The notes under the pieces are model-generated. The model did not search any database. It was not told the origin of the DNA and saw only the letters and a program-made list of their open reading frames with translations. A stretch of 44,047 nt of DNA, from the IMG/VR virus record IMGVR_UViG_2671180473_000014. One strand, 5' to 3'. Positions within the stretch are counted from its first letter, which is position 1. Every line of letters starts with the position of its first letter. Positions 29,521 through 38,661 of the stretch are shown here, in pieces. The stretch is from a virus (lineage: Duplodnaviria; Heunggongvirae; Uroviricota; Caudoviricetes). Both the position numbers and the translations under genes were made by a program.

Positions 29521-29560
29521 AGACCCGGCAGGGCTATCCCCGACGGGTCTCATTTTTGTA
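29521..29560 (+). terminator. Intrinsic terminator after the yeaR-like gene
   Basis: AGACCCGGCAGGGCTATCCCCGACGGGTCTCATTTTTGT: GC-rich stem (GACCCG.../...CGGGTC) followed by a T-run, 30 nt after the stop codon. Confidence 0.5.
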
Positions 29561-30111
29561 AATATATTGGTTCTACATTGACAGGAGACTTCAACCATAA
29601 GAAGTAATCTGAATACTTGAGCAATAAATTTACTTAAGATTAATGAGCGCACCTTGCCGGACAAAGATAAACCAAGGTAACACCTTTTTTCTAGCCAGTA
29701 TGTAATCAATCAGAAAGCCGCTCCATAAGAACAACAGCAAGACAATAAATTGCCATTACAGCCGCAATAGCCAGCGCACATTTGAGAACCAGCACGACAA
29801 CCCCCTGTATTAGACGCACACCAGTCCTGATAAATATGAGGCTGTCTCGTCAGTGATTCAATACAACTATTGGGTATAGTTTCTGTGATTTTATTCTGTA
29901 GAAATGGAACACAACAACCAGTCACCACCAGCACTTCCTTAAATGCTCTAAGTCAGAAACAAGCCAACATTTTAGTCCGCTTTGAGCGATCTGCAGACAT
30001 TGCTAGCAGCCTTCTGTGTGAATTCTCAGGGAGCAGGTCGGCATAGCATCACGTTGAGGCTCTTACCCTACTTGTTCACACCAACCCTAACTCCACAGAC
30101 TGATTCATAAA

Positions 30112-31113
30112 TTAGTAATCTGCGTGTTTCGCACTTTTCAGAAATGCTTTCATATTTTCATTAGGTCGCTCAATTTCGAAGTTACTTCCATATAACTCTT
30201 GTAATTTTGGCCATAACTTACTTAATAACCCTCTCCTGCGATAAAATGGATGTATCCAAACGGTAGATAGGTACGGAGAATTTGCATTTGAATTGTTTAT
30301 TGTGACCAGCCCAACTAAACATTGTCGATAACCACTATTATCCATTGATTGTATTTCTTCGACGAATGGATACGCGATTACATCAGTCCAACCATGATCG
30401 GTTGTATCCCATTGCATTCCGTCATGACATTCCTTCGACTGATAGCGGCGTAAAGCTACACACGCGAGCTTTTGCCAATCTGGAGAATTAATTGTGATCT
30501 CTTCATCGTATGACGCGCCTATTGGAGCGGGTATTGGTCTGATTAATCCAGCATGGCATTCATCATAGAACTTCATGTTTCCCTCAGAAACGTTGTGTAC
30601 GTTGGGTTGCTCCATGTGTGCGCCATTCAAAAATAGCTCTGATAGTAGTGTATCTACACTGTAATCTTTATTGATTATTGTCGGCTTAGAGTTTTTCTTA
30701 TTAAGGCCGCGAGTAACGATTTTTTGATCAATGTTAACAACATGGAATAATCCGTCGGGGAGGCTAGCGAACCACGATGGGGCATCGGACCAGAATAGCA
30801 TGCCTTTTGTACTTCTTAAGAGTTTAATTAAGTTAATACAAGCTTCTTCACTAGTCTTGCCGTTGATGCGAAGTATGTTAGGACTAAAGTAATATTCATC
30901 CATATCAGGGAATGCAGCTTCGCAAAACTCCTGTACATAATTTAGCACCTGGATTCTACAGAGATCATCATAGCTGGTAATAACTAAGGGGGTATCTTCA
31001 TTACTATTATGATTATCAATAATGCAATCTATAGCGAGACTTACTGCTTTGCGTATCACTTCAGTTGAATCTAACGACTCTAAAAATTTTGTCTTTCGTG
31101 TGCGAATATCCAT
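30112..31113 (-). CDS. Hypothetical protein B (333 aa) of the AT-rich two-gene operon; C-terminal region weakly GNAT-like
   Basis: ATG 31111-31113, 15 nt after the stop of gene A; C-terminal ...CLVGLVTINNSNANSPYLSTVWIHPFYRRRGLLSKLWPKLQELYG resembles an acetyltransferase beta4-alphaC core (R-x-x-G motif), imperfectly. Confidence 0.55.
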   Translation of the reverse strand: MDIRTRKTKFLESLDSTEVIRKAVSLAIDCIIDNHNSNEDTPLVITSYDDLCRIQVLNYVQEFCEAAFPDMDEYYFSPNILRINGKTSEEACINLIKLLRSTKGMLFWSDAPSWFASLPDGLFHVVNIDQKIVTRGLNKKNSKPTIINKDYSVDTLLSELFLNGAHMEQPNVHNVSEGNMKFYDECHAGLIRPIPAPIGASYDEEITINSPDWQKLACVALRRYQSKECHDGMQWDTTDHGWTDVIAYPFVEEIQSMDNSGYRQCLVGLVTINNSNANSPYLSTVWIHPFYRRRGLLSKLWPKLQELYGSNFEIERPNENMKAFLKSAKHADY

Positions 31114-31128
31114 GTATGACCTGCGCTA

Positions 31129-32151
31129 TTAAAATTCATGAATGAACGGTTTGTCATCTGGTTGCAAAATGGTGGTTTTATTCGTTGCTACATTTAAACT
31201 GTTGTAGAGCATAATTGCCAGGTTCGATGCATTTTCAATCAGCGTTTCAAGATCCTGGTCTGTAATCACTACGAGGTTCCCTTCTTTATCCTTTCCACCA
31301 CGATGCACTAAGTGATTTCGATTGAGGGTTGCCAATTCAATAGCTTCTATCGGACAGTCTTTTTGTACTTTTATATCGAATGTAGCTTCATAGCGGTCGA
31401 TTACCTTTTTAGTGCTATGCCAGCTTGCACTGATCAAGTGTTCCTTGATTGACCTGATTAGCTCTCCCCTAATTTTCTCGATGGGTTCACCCTTGAAAGG
31501 CAACGCAGCAATATCTTTGCTTACTTTAAATTCAGTCTTACCTTTTTCTATACAATTGGCTATGTAGACATCATCTTTCTCTATAGAATTAATGAATAGC
31601 TCAACATAAAGCGTTTCCAAAGCTGTAATAACATTCGTGTAGAGCAAACTAAGCAAGTGGTTTTTTTGCTGTTGTTCAGTTTTATCTTTTGCAAGTTTTT
31701 TTATTTTATCGATATTATCAATGAATTTTAAATACGGATTACCGGAAGACGTTACAGCGTCGTAGATATCATCATCGTACCAATCATCTATATTATTTGA
31801 GTTTCCAGACCAGTCAAAACATTGTGTTTGTAATTCATCTACTAATTCCTCAATATACTCAGATTTAACATATTGACCGAAGATGGATTGTAGTTCTTCG
31901 CTCGCATCATACGGCCCGCCATATATGTAAGCATAGCCACCTTCTCTACTTTCATACGGACAAGCATTTGCCGGATCTTCAAAGTTTTCAAAGAACCAGT
32001 TTTTCATTACTTCGAGTTGATCTTTTTTGCTTATGTATTTTAAAGATTTTAGTGGAACTTTCTTTCCATTAACCTCGAAAACAATTTTCACGATGTAACG
32101 CTCCCTTGTATCAATTGCGCAACTATTATACCACAGCGAAATACAGGGCAT
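31129..32151 (-). CDS. Hypothetical protein A (about 340 aa) of the AT-rich two-gene operon; lone R-x4-H (HEPN-like) motif near the C-terminus
   Basis: Likely start ATG 32149-32151 with AGGAGG Shine-Dalgarno 6 nt upstream (MPCISLWYNSCAIDTRERYIVKIVFEVNGKK...); the ORF track extends it to 32220 via an upstream alternative start; contains ...ELATLNRNHLVHRGGKD... Confidence 0.55.
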   Translation of the reverse strand: MPCISLWYNSCAIDTRERYIVKIVFEVNGKKVPLKSLKYISKKDQLEVMKNWFFENFEDPANACPYESREGGYAYIYGGPYDASEELQSIFGQYVKSEYIEELVDELQTQCFDWSGNSNNIDDWYDDDIYDAVTSSGNPYLKFIDNIDKIKKLAKDKTEQQQKNHLLSLLYTNVITALETLYVELFINSIEKDDVYIANCIEKGKTEFKVSKDIAALPFKGEPIEKIRGELIRSIKEHLISASWHSTKKVIDRYEATFDIKVQKDCPIEAIELATLNRNHLVHRGGKDKEGNLVVITDQDLETLIENASNLAIMLYNSLNVATNKTTILQPDDKPFIHEF

Positions 32152-32289
32152 AACCTGCCTCCTTAAACTAACATACCATGAGCCAGCAATGTCCGCTATT
32201 GGCACAAAGCGGACAACCACGCTAGCTCTCCCCTGTGCCAGAAAAATGTCAATTTACATATGAACTAATGCTCTTTGATCTAGTAACGT

Positions 32290-32706
32290 CTATAAATACC
32301 GAAGATTTCCTTGATAAAATGCCAGTACACGTTTCATAACTTCACTCTTCCGGCACTCGCGACAGATTATGTTCTGACGCCTGTCATAGCGGCGTATTTC
32401 TCCGTCTGGTAATGACCAGATAAGGTCAGGATCAACCACAACCGTTTTTTTCACCTTTGCCCTGGATAGTTTTTTGCGGGCGTTTTTCCAATCCTTACGA
32501 GCCTGTTCAGACGGGAATAACCCATAGCCAGAGTTGTATACATCGCCACTGGCAACCAACTCTCTGGCAAGAATGCTCATCAGATATCTTGTCGCACCTG
32601 TCTTGGCCTCCAGTTGCCTTAACGTCTCGCGCCCACTCTGGCGTACCAACTCAACAACCTGCTCCTTAATTTTTTCACGCTCTTCCTGTGTAAAAACTTT
32701 TGCCAT
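32290..32706 (-). CDS. Hypothetical HTH / winged-helix protein (138 aa)
   Basis: ATG 32704-32706 with GGAGG SD; MAKVFTQEEREKIKEQVVELVRQSGRETLRQLEAKTGATRYLMSILARELVASGDV...; normal GC content, flanks the AT-rich island. Confidence 0.5.
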   Translation of the reverse strand: MAKVFTQEEREKIKEQVVELVRQSGRETLRQLEAKTGATRYLMSILARELVASGDVYNSGYGLFPSEQARKDWKNARKKLSRAKVKKTVVVDPDLIWSLPDGEIRRYDRRQNIICRECRKSEVMKRVLAFYQGNLRYL

Positions 32707-32721
32707 AAGCGCCTCCGGCAA

Positions 32722-33534
32722 TCACTTTTCCGACACAATACGACTGGAGGAATCGACAATCTGTCGGACAATATCCCGGTGCTTGTTCAGCTCCCGCAGC
32801 GCGGCGCAGACTCGCTCCCACTTCTGGACATGATTTTTCGCCCGACGCAGTTCGCGGTTTGCCATATGCAGCGATGGTAAAACTAGGTCATCCGCTTGCG
32901 TTTCAGTAAACGATGGCAGCGACTGCACAATGTCCGCCACAGTTTCTGTTTTAATATCTTCCTGTGTTGCCGCTTCCTGTACTGGTAACGCAACACCGGC
33001 TGGCTGAGGAAAGGCTTTACCATCAGTTTCCGCTACCGATGCAGCTTTCGGCTCTGCTGGTAAATTATCGCCCGGCATGCAGTAACGAAATTTACTGTTC
33101 TGGTTTACGCGAATCAGGCGTCCTTTGCTGATTGCCATTGCCAGCGTTGAAGCAACTTTGCGGGATGTTGTACCGAACAGCGTAGCCAGTTCATCCGCCG
33201 TTTGTGGTCCGCGTTGTTCAATCGTCGCGGTTAAATCGCACTCTGAGATTTTCACTACAGTTGCCGTGGTGGTTTCTTCCGGCAGTTCTGCCTGCATTGG
33301 CTGTTCCTGCTGAACGTTGTTATCAGCCACACGCCAGGTGTACGCGCTTTTATCAACGAAACCAGCTTTTTTCAGTTCCCATAGTTCGTTCAGCACTTCT
33401 TCACGACTGATATCAAGTCGCGCAGCAAGTTCTATGGATGTGGCTTTTCCCATTGCTTTCAGTGCGTCAAAAACAGTCTCCATAAAAATTTCCTCCCGGT
33501 AAAAATTACTTCTCAATTCCTGGCTGGACGACAT
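32722..33534 (-). CDS. Phage protein with two winged-helix-like segments (possibly an intact ydaW-type gene, by position after ydaV)
   Basis: 270-aa ORF (likely start at Met 33483, [46 protein letters not shown]...); overlaps the ydaV stop. Confidence 0.45.
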   Translation of the reverse strand: MSSSQELRSNFYREEIFMETVFDALKAMGKATSIELAARLDISREEVLNELWELKKAGFVDKSAYTWRVADNNVQQEQPMQAELPEETTTATVVKISECDLTATIEQRGPQTADELATLFGTTSRKVASTLAMAISKGRLIRVNQNSKFRYCMPGDNLPAEPKAASVAETDGKAFPQPAGVALPVQEAATQEDIKTETVADIVQSLPSFTETQADDLVLPSLHMANRELRRAKNHVQKWERVCAALRELNKHRDIVRQIVDSSSRIVSEK

Positions 33535-34252
33535 TCGGACGCCAGCTCTCCCAGTTAAAATTCACCCATCGCCCGCCGTTCATGGTCATGCGATCCATAA
33601 TCCGCTCGCCGAGCAATGTTTTCATGGCCTCATAGTTCAGGTTTGTCAGCATCCCCACGCTGCGCATCGACGCTGTCCGGCGATCAACAATCTGGTGCAG
33701 CACCACCTGCTCGTTTTTCGTCTCGCGCTGAATGCCAATTTCATCAAGAACCAGCAGATCCACTTCGCATAGTTCCCGCAAAAATTTTTCGCCTGACTGC
33801 CCATCGTCATAGCTGGCGTGCAGGGCACTCATAACATCAGCCACGGTAACCACAATCACTGTCTGACCGTCTTTCAGCAGGCGATTCCCGATAGCTGCCG
33901 CTAAGTGGTTCTTCCCGGTACCAGGTTTTCCGCTGAACGCAAAATTTGTACACCCGGTCATCAGTTCATCAGCGATGGATTTCGCCTGACTCAACGCGTA
34001 TCGCTGCGCTTCGTTCTGCACCTGGTAATTCGAAAACGAGCATTTGCGGTGCAATGGCTGGATGCCAGAGCGATTCAGAATTTTTTCCACCCGCAACTGA
34101 CGATTCTGACGGTTGATCTCCTCACAACGTTTCTGGCCTTCGGAAAGTTGCCACTCGCGCCACTCCGCTACCGTCTTGAATGGCGCGGTTACATGTGACG
34201 GGGCCAGTCTGCGGATACGTTCAAGAACGTCGCCTGTCGCAATATTTTTCAT
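33506..34252 (-). CDS. ydaV: DnaC-like replication protein / helicase loader YdaV
   Basis: 248-aa ORF with Walker A (...[19 protein letters not shown]...) and Walker B (...DLLVLDEIG...); Rac synteny. Confidence 0.85.
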   Translation of the reverse strand: MKNIATGDVLERIRRLAPSHVTAPFKTVAEWREWQLSEGQKRCEEINRQNRQLRVEKILNRSGIQPLHRKCSFSNYQVQNEAQRYALSQAKSIADELMTGCTNFAFSGKPGTGKNHLAAAIGNRLLKDGQTVIVVTVADVMSALHASYDDGQSGEKFLRELCEVDLLVLDEIGIQRETKNEQVVLHQIVDRRTASMRSVGMLTNLNYEAMKTLLGERIMDRMTMNGGRWVNFNWESWRPNVVQPGIEK

Positions 34253-34258
34253 GGTCAG

Positions 34259-35116
34259 TTACCCCCTGAAGCCTGGCGGGATCGCACTATCCGGTAACGA
34301 GACGGTGTTAACCTGTCGGAGTAACGTCTCAGGTCGAACACCTTTCGGCGCGAACAAGCCCTGGTATTCATTGGCGATGCTGTGTCGAATCACCTGCTCA
34401 GGTGAAAAACCCTGCTGGCGGAATTTTTCCAGCTCCCGTATCGCCCCGTTAGCGCCCTGCTCCGTTCGAATCGGTTTTCGCAATGCCTGGCGAAATTCAA
34501 CCCACTCACGCCAAAGCGAGACAGAAATCCAGTTCGGCAAAGCAATATCCAGAGGGTCAAACTTTTTGACACCTCGATTCCCCCGGGGGGGATTTAGGGG
34601 GGGATCTGTTTTTAGATCTTTATCTGTATCTTTATTAGTTGCCTTTGTGTTGACATCATGTTCAAACACCACTTCAACATCTGTTTGAACACCTGTTAAA
34701 TTTCTCTCTTGTTTTGTTTGAACATCTGCTTCCTTTCTGCTTCTTCTGGCCTGAACAGATGCTTTTCCTGCGGCTGATTTTTTGGTTAATTTTTCCCTGA
34801 CTGATGCCAGATCTTCCTCAATCCGAAGATGCACCCATTCCTCGCCGTTATCGCAAAAAAACTCCTGCAAGGATGGTTCAACATCAGCCCATCGCTCGTT
34901 AGTCAGACGGGCAATTTTTGCCAGCCTGTTTTTAGGTATTGGCTTTCCTGTTTGCCAGTAATTGAACATCAGCAACAAATACGCACCATGCTCCTCTGCT
35001 GACAAATGCATGGTGTCAGCCAGGTAATCAGCTATGTACAGTTGCATGTATGGTAATGCGGCCATAATTGCCCCGTATGATGCTGCCCGGTGGCTTAGAA
35101 TAAGCACAAACAGCAT
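34259..35116 (-). CDS. ydaU: Replication-initiation-type protein YdaU
   Basis: 285-aa ORF immediately upstream of the DnaC-like gene (O/P-like arrangement); Rac synteny. Confidence 0.75.
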   Translation of the reverse strand: MLFVLILSHRAASYGAIMAALPYMQLYIADYLADTMHLSAEEHGAYLLLMFNYWQTGKPIPKNRLAKIARLTNERWADVEPSLQEFFCDNGEEWVHLRIEEDLASVREKLTKKSAAGKASVQARRSRKEADVQTKQERNLTGVQTDVEVVFEHDVNTKATNKDTDKDLKTDPPLNPPRGNRGVKKFDPLDIALPNWISVSLWREWVEFRQALRKPIRTEQGANGAIRELEKFRQQGFSPEQVIRHSIANEYQGLFAPKGVRPETLLRQVNTVSLPDSAIPPGFRG

Positions 35117-35128
35117 GGAAACTTTTGC

Positions 35129-35551
35129 TTAATGAACAATGACAGAATCGTCGGAAGACCCGCCGCCGCTGAAATGCGCTTTCCGGTAAACGGCTTGGAC
35201 TGCATCATCATGCGCATCAATTGCCGTACTTAACGCTTCCTGCGCCGCCAGTAATGCACGGCGTTCCAGGGTATCGAAGATGCAGAGTCGGTGACGCAGC
35301 TCGCGCGGAAGGATTGCCAGAATTGCTGGGATCAGCTTCTGAATTTTTTCTCTTTGCGTTTTCGTTTCACCTTTCAACCAACGGTGATAGATATTCTGCT
35401 GATTATTCCAGTCCTTGCCTGGTACCAGGGGCAATTCGCCGCCCCCCTGGCGCAGATATTCTTCAGTAATGGCATTGGCTACCCATGCCTGCCCTTTTTC
35501 GGCTGCCAGGGCTAACAACACTGACTCGATGTGCTCATGCTTGATTTTCAT
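35129..35551 (-). CDS. ydaT: YdaT (Rac prophage toxic protein, partner of YdaS)
   Basis: 140-aa ORF MKIKHEHIESVLLALAAEKGQAWVANAITEEYLRQGGGELPLVPGKDWNNQQN...; TGA/ATG overlap with ydaS. Confidence 0.8.
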   Translation of the reverse strand: MKIKHEHIESVLLALAAEKGQAWVANAITEEYLRQGGGELPLVPGKDWNNQQNIYHRWLKGETKTQREKIQKLIPAILAILPRELRHRLCIFDTLERRALLAAQEALSTAIDAHDDAVQAVYRKAHFSGGGSSDDSVIVH

Positions 35552-35802
35552 GAATCAACTCCCATCAGCTTTTTCGTAGTAGTTTTATTTCTGCCAATAG
35601 TTAAAATTACATCAGCAGAAAATAATCCGTTTGATGCATGAGCGATTTTTTCAGCGTAATTTGTTTCGCCGGTATATTCTGTGCGAGGCAATTTTCCGTT
35701 ATCCATCCATTTGTAGATTGCTCTTTGGCTGACACCACAAACGTCGGCCACAACAGAAACGCGAACAGTTTTGATTACATCTTCAAGTGTTTTCTGGTTC
35801 AT
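35548..35802 (-). CDS. ydaS: YdaS (Cro-like HTH protein)
   Basis: MNQKTLEDVIKTVRVSVVADVCGVSQRAIYKWMDNGKLPRTEYTGETNYAEKIAHASNG...; start may lie further upstream (alternative GTG near 35841); divergent from racR. Confidence 0.75.
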   Translation of the reverse strand: MNQKTLEDVIKTVRVSVVADVCGVSQRAIYKWMDNGKLPRTEYTGETNYAEKIAHASNGLFSADVILTIGRNKTTTKKLMGVDS

Positions 35803-35863
35803 ATCACCCTCACAATGTGAACTTTGAGTACATGCTATAACAGAACTGACAGTACATTCAAGA

Positions 35864-36301
35864 GTGAATATCATTGAACTTATGGTTCATGAAGATAAAG
35901 CGCGTAAAGAGTTCGCCAGTAGGCTTGCGCTAGCCTGTGAAAACGCTGGTTATGAACAACATGGAAGGCAGGCAGAAATTGCCCGTCGAATGAAATTAAC
36001 ACCAAAAGCGGTTAGCAAATGGTTTAATGGCGAAACAATTCCTCGCCGAGAGAAATTAAGGGAATTAGCAACACTCATTGGAACAACACCAACCTATCTT
36101 TTGGGAGAGGATACAGAAGAAAGTGGACAGGTACGTTTCTATCAGGAGTTAAATCCAAGACAAAAAATCATCATTGACCTTCTGGACGAGCTCCCTGACA
36201 GTGAGACAGATGAACTTTTAAAAACTCTTGAGGAGAAAAAACAGAAGTACAATGCAATTTACGAAGAGCTAGCACGAAAGAAAAAACAAAAAGCCTCTTA
36301 A
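35864..36301 (+). CDS. racR: Prophage repressor RacR (cI-like)
   Basis: ...MVHEDKARKEFASRLALACENAGYEQHGRQAEIARRMKLTPKAVSKWFNGETIPRREKLRELATLIGTTPTYLLGE...; HTH; divergent to ydaS; start is either GTG 35864 or ATG 35882. Confidence 0.75.
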   Translation: MNIIELMVHEDKARKEFASRLALACENAGYEQHGRQAEIARRMKLTPKAVSKWFNGETIPRREKLRELATLIGTTPTYLLGEDTEESGQVRFYQELNPRQKIIIDLLDELPDSETDELLKTLEEKKQKYNAIYEELARKKKQKAS

Positions 36302-36591
36302 ACCAGCATAAATCCGGTAGCGTCCCCCTCCGGGTTTGTGCTTCACTTTATCCCATCTCATTTTTTTACACACAAAATGTACTTATAGTACTTTACATCA
36401 ATGAACACAAAGTACATTATATACCTACCAACCCACCCCGCCCCACAGAACGCAGGGCAATACTTCGAGTTACCAGGCAGTGGTCAGGGGTTAAGTAGCC
36501 AGCCCGAGGCGTATGAACATGACGGCAGGGTTCAGATTTTGCAGTGCAGCAGGTTTCAGTTCCGCCACCCGGCGTTAAGGGGAGAGATAAG

Positions 36592-36726
36592 ATGGTGCAT
36601 TACGAAGTAGTTCAGTATTTGATGGATTGTTGCGGTATCACTTACAACCAGGCTGTGCAGGCTTTACGCAGCAACGACTGGGATCTCTGGCAGGCAGAAG
36701 TCGCTATACACAGCAACAAGATGTGA
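36592..36726 (+). CDS. ydaG: Small Rac protein YdaG (44 aa)
   Basis: MVHYEVVQYLMDCCGITYNQAVQALRSNDWDLWQAEVAIHSNKM; size and position downstream of racR. Confidence 0.55.
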   Translation: MVHYEVVQYLMDCCGITYNQAVQALRSNDWDLWQAEVAIHSNKM

Positions 36727-36736
36727 GATTCGCAAA

Positions 36737-36892
36737 ATGCAAAAAATCGACCTCGGCAACAACGAATCCCTGGTGTGCGGCGTGTTCCCCAACCAGGATG
36801 GAACGTTCACTGCCATGACGTATACCAAAAGCAAAACATTTAAAACCGAAACTGGTGCGCGCCGATGGTTGGAGAAGCACACAGTAAGCTAA
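36737..36892 (+). CDS. ydaF: Small Rac protein YdaF (51 aa)
   Basis: MQKIDLGNNESLVCGVFPNQDGTFTAMTYTKSKTFKTETGARRWLEKHTVS; size and position. Confidence 0.55.
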   Translation: MQKIDLGNNESLVCGVFPNQDGTFTAMTYTKSKTFKTETGARRWLEKHTVS

Positions 36893-37377
36893 CGATTAAA
36901 ACGTCTACTCCTGCTGTTCCAGAATAACTTCATAAAATGGGAGTATTTTTCGGTGACGAGATAATAAGAACAGTTTGCGCTATCACTCTGATGTTGAATG
37001 ATGCCCTTCCGTTCTAATTTTTTCATAACCGGGTTACGGCAAGGAGAAGTGATAATAAGATTTCCTGTTTTAAGGAAATCTTTAAATACAGCGATTTCTT
37101 TCTCAGATAAACGAAGCAATACTCGTTGCTCTGGTAGTAATGAATAATGCTTTTGAATATGTGCTCGCAATCTTGAGAAGGAAATGGCGACCACGAAAGA
37201 AAAGGCAAAAACGATAATCTGAAAGAGCCAAGGTATTTCAGTATAAGCATTGAATGCGACAGTAAACTCTTTCGGTATCAGCCAGAGAGTGAGACCAAAA
37301 ATGATAATCGTATACATAAGTATTTCGAGTGGCTCGTTAGCAAAAAGTTTCAACAATGGAGTAAATACATCCAACAT
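36889..37377 (-). CDS. sieB: Superinfection exclusion protein SieB
   Basis: 162 aa from ATG 37375-37377 (MLDVFTPLLKLFANEPLEILMYTIIIFGLTLWLIPKEF...); membrane helices. Confidence 0.75.
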   Translation of the reverse strand: MLDVFTPLLKLFANEPLEILMYTIIIFGLTLWLIPKEFTVAFNAYTEIPWLFQIIVFAFSFVVAISFSRLRAHIQKHYSLLPEQRVLLRLSEKEIAVFKDFLKTGNLIITSPCRNPVMKKLERKGIIQHQSDSANCSYYLVTEKYSHFMKLFWNSRSRRFNR

Positions 37378-37818
37378 ATCAATAACTCTCAACTGTAAGG
37401 GTATTGAAATGTTAACACAAGCTCTCGCTGTAGGGGTATAGCCGAGACCACCGAAGCCCGGAGGTGGTGAAATAAAACCGGGCACAACACGAAGGCGCAT
37501 TTCCGATATCCATAAAGAGTCGGTCTTGTCTGTTAAATTTAAATGGTGGGAGTGCGCCTCCGGTTGTAAATAACGACATTGCTGTGTGTAGTCCTGGCGG
37601 CATCAGTTTTTTTCTTGAAGTTCGGCTGATGTCCGCCCTTTTTAAAGTGAATTTTGTGATGCGGTGAATGCGGCTAAGCGCACGTGGCACAGTTAAAAGT
37701 CATGTTAGTCCTTATTGGTTTGGGTGGGAAAGCCGACTGTAATTGTTAACTGGTTGCAGTCACCTGGAGGCACCAGGCACCGCATCAACAAAGTTCATTT
37801 GTAAAAATGGAGATAATT

Positions 37819-38040
37819 ATGATTGCACATCACTTCGGAACTGATGAAATACCACGTCAGTGTGTGACTCCTGGCGATTATGTTCTTCATGAAGGCCGGA
37901 CATATATTGCCTCGGCAAACAATATTAAAAAGCGAAAACTATATATTCGTAACCTGACCACAAAAACATGCATTACTGACCGCATGATTAAAGTCTTCCT
38001 CGGTCGTGATGGTTTACCTGTAAAGGCGGAGTCATGGTGA
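37819..38040 (+). CDS. kilR: Cell-division inhibitor KilR
   Basis: 73 aa [73 protein letters not shown]. Confidence 0.8.
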   Translation: MIAHHFGTDEIPRQCVTPGDYVLHEGRTYIASANNIKKRKLYIRNLTTKTCITDRMIKVFLGRDGLPVKAESW

Positions 38041-38210
38041 TGACTAAGAAAATAAAATGTGCTTACCACCTTTGCAAAAAAGACGTTGAAGAAAGCAAAG
38101 CTATTGAAAGAATGCTTCACTTCATGCACGGGATTTTATCAAAAGACGAACCGAGAAAATATTGCAGTGAAGCTTGTGCCGAAAAAGACCAGATGGCACA
38201 TGAACTTTAA
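38040..38210 (+). CDS. ydaE: Small Cys-rich protein YdaE (56 aa)
   Basis: [56 protein letters not shown]; ATG overlaps the kilR stop. Confidence 0.6.
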   Translation: MTKKIKCAYHLCKKDVEESKAIERMLHFMHGILSKDEPRKYCSEACAEKDQMAHEL

Positions 38211-38284
38211 TTAATTGACTATTCGAAACTGAATTTATGCCAGAAATGGCAGGTATTCGCTCAACCTTAATTAAGGAGAAAAAC

Positions 38285-38560
38285 ATGATTACCAATTATG
38301 AAGCCACTGTTGTAACTACCGATGACATTGTTCACGAGGTGAATCTGGAAGGAAAGCGCATTGGCTACGTAATTAAAACAGAAAATAAAGAAACCCCATT
38401 CACTGTGGTTGATATCGATGGTCCATCAGGCAACGTAAAAACACTTGATGAAGGTGTCAAAAAAATGTGCCTGGTGCATATCGGAAAGAATCTGCCCGCA
38501 GAAAAAAAAGCCGAATTTCTGGCAACTCTAATTGCAATGAAATTAAAAGGTGAAATCTGA
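38285..38560 (+). CDS. racC: RacC
   Basis: 91 aa MITNYEATVVTTDDIVHEVNLEGKRIGYVIKTENKETPFTVVDIDGPSGNVKTLDEG...; directly upstream of recE. Confidence 0.75.
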   Translation: MITNYEATVVTTDDIVHEVNLEGKRIGYVIKTENKETPFTVVDIDGPSGNVKTLDEGVKKMCLVHIGKNLPAEKKAEFLATLIAMKLKGEI

Positions 38561-38661
38561 AAGAAATAGCCTGCGTATGGCGCAGGCTATGAACAGTGTG
38601 TATCCGGCAAGATCATTCACTGAACAAAACGAATTTTAATCTGAGTTGAGGTTAAAAAACA

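Noticed and set aside
29512-29934. Minus-strand ORFs 29512-29709 and 29710-29934 (Cys-rich 74-aa translation) in the gap between the yeaR-like gene and operon A/B
   Set aside because: No start context or RBS; odd Cys/Gly-rich composition; one overlaps the terminator hairpin of the yeaR-like gene. More likely non-coding spacer between convergent units.
36401-36610. ORF 36401-36610 (+) between racR and ydaG
   Set aside because: No Shine-Dalgarno; it overlaps the better-supported ydaG start region; composition not protein-like.
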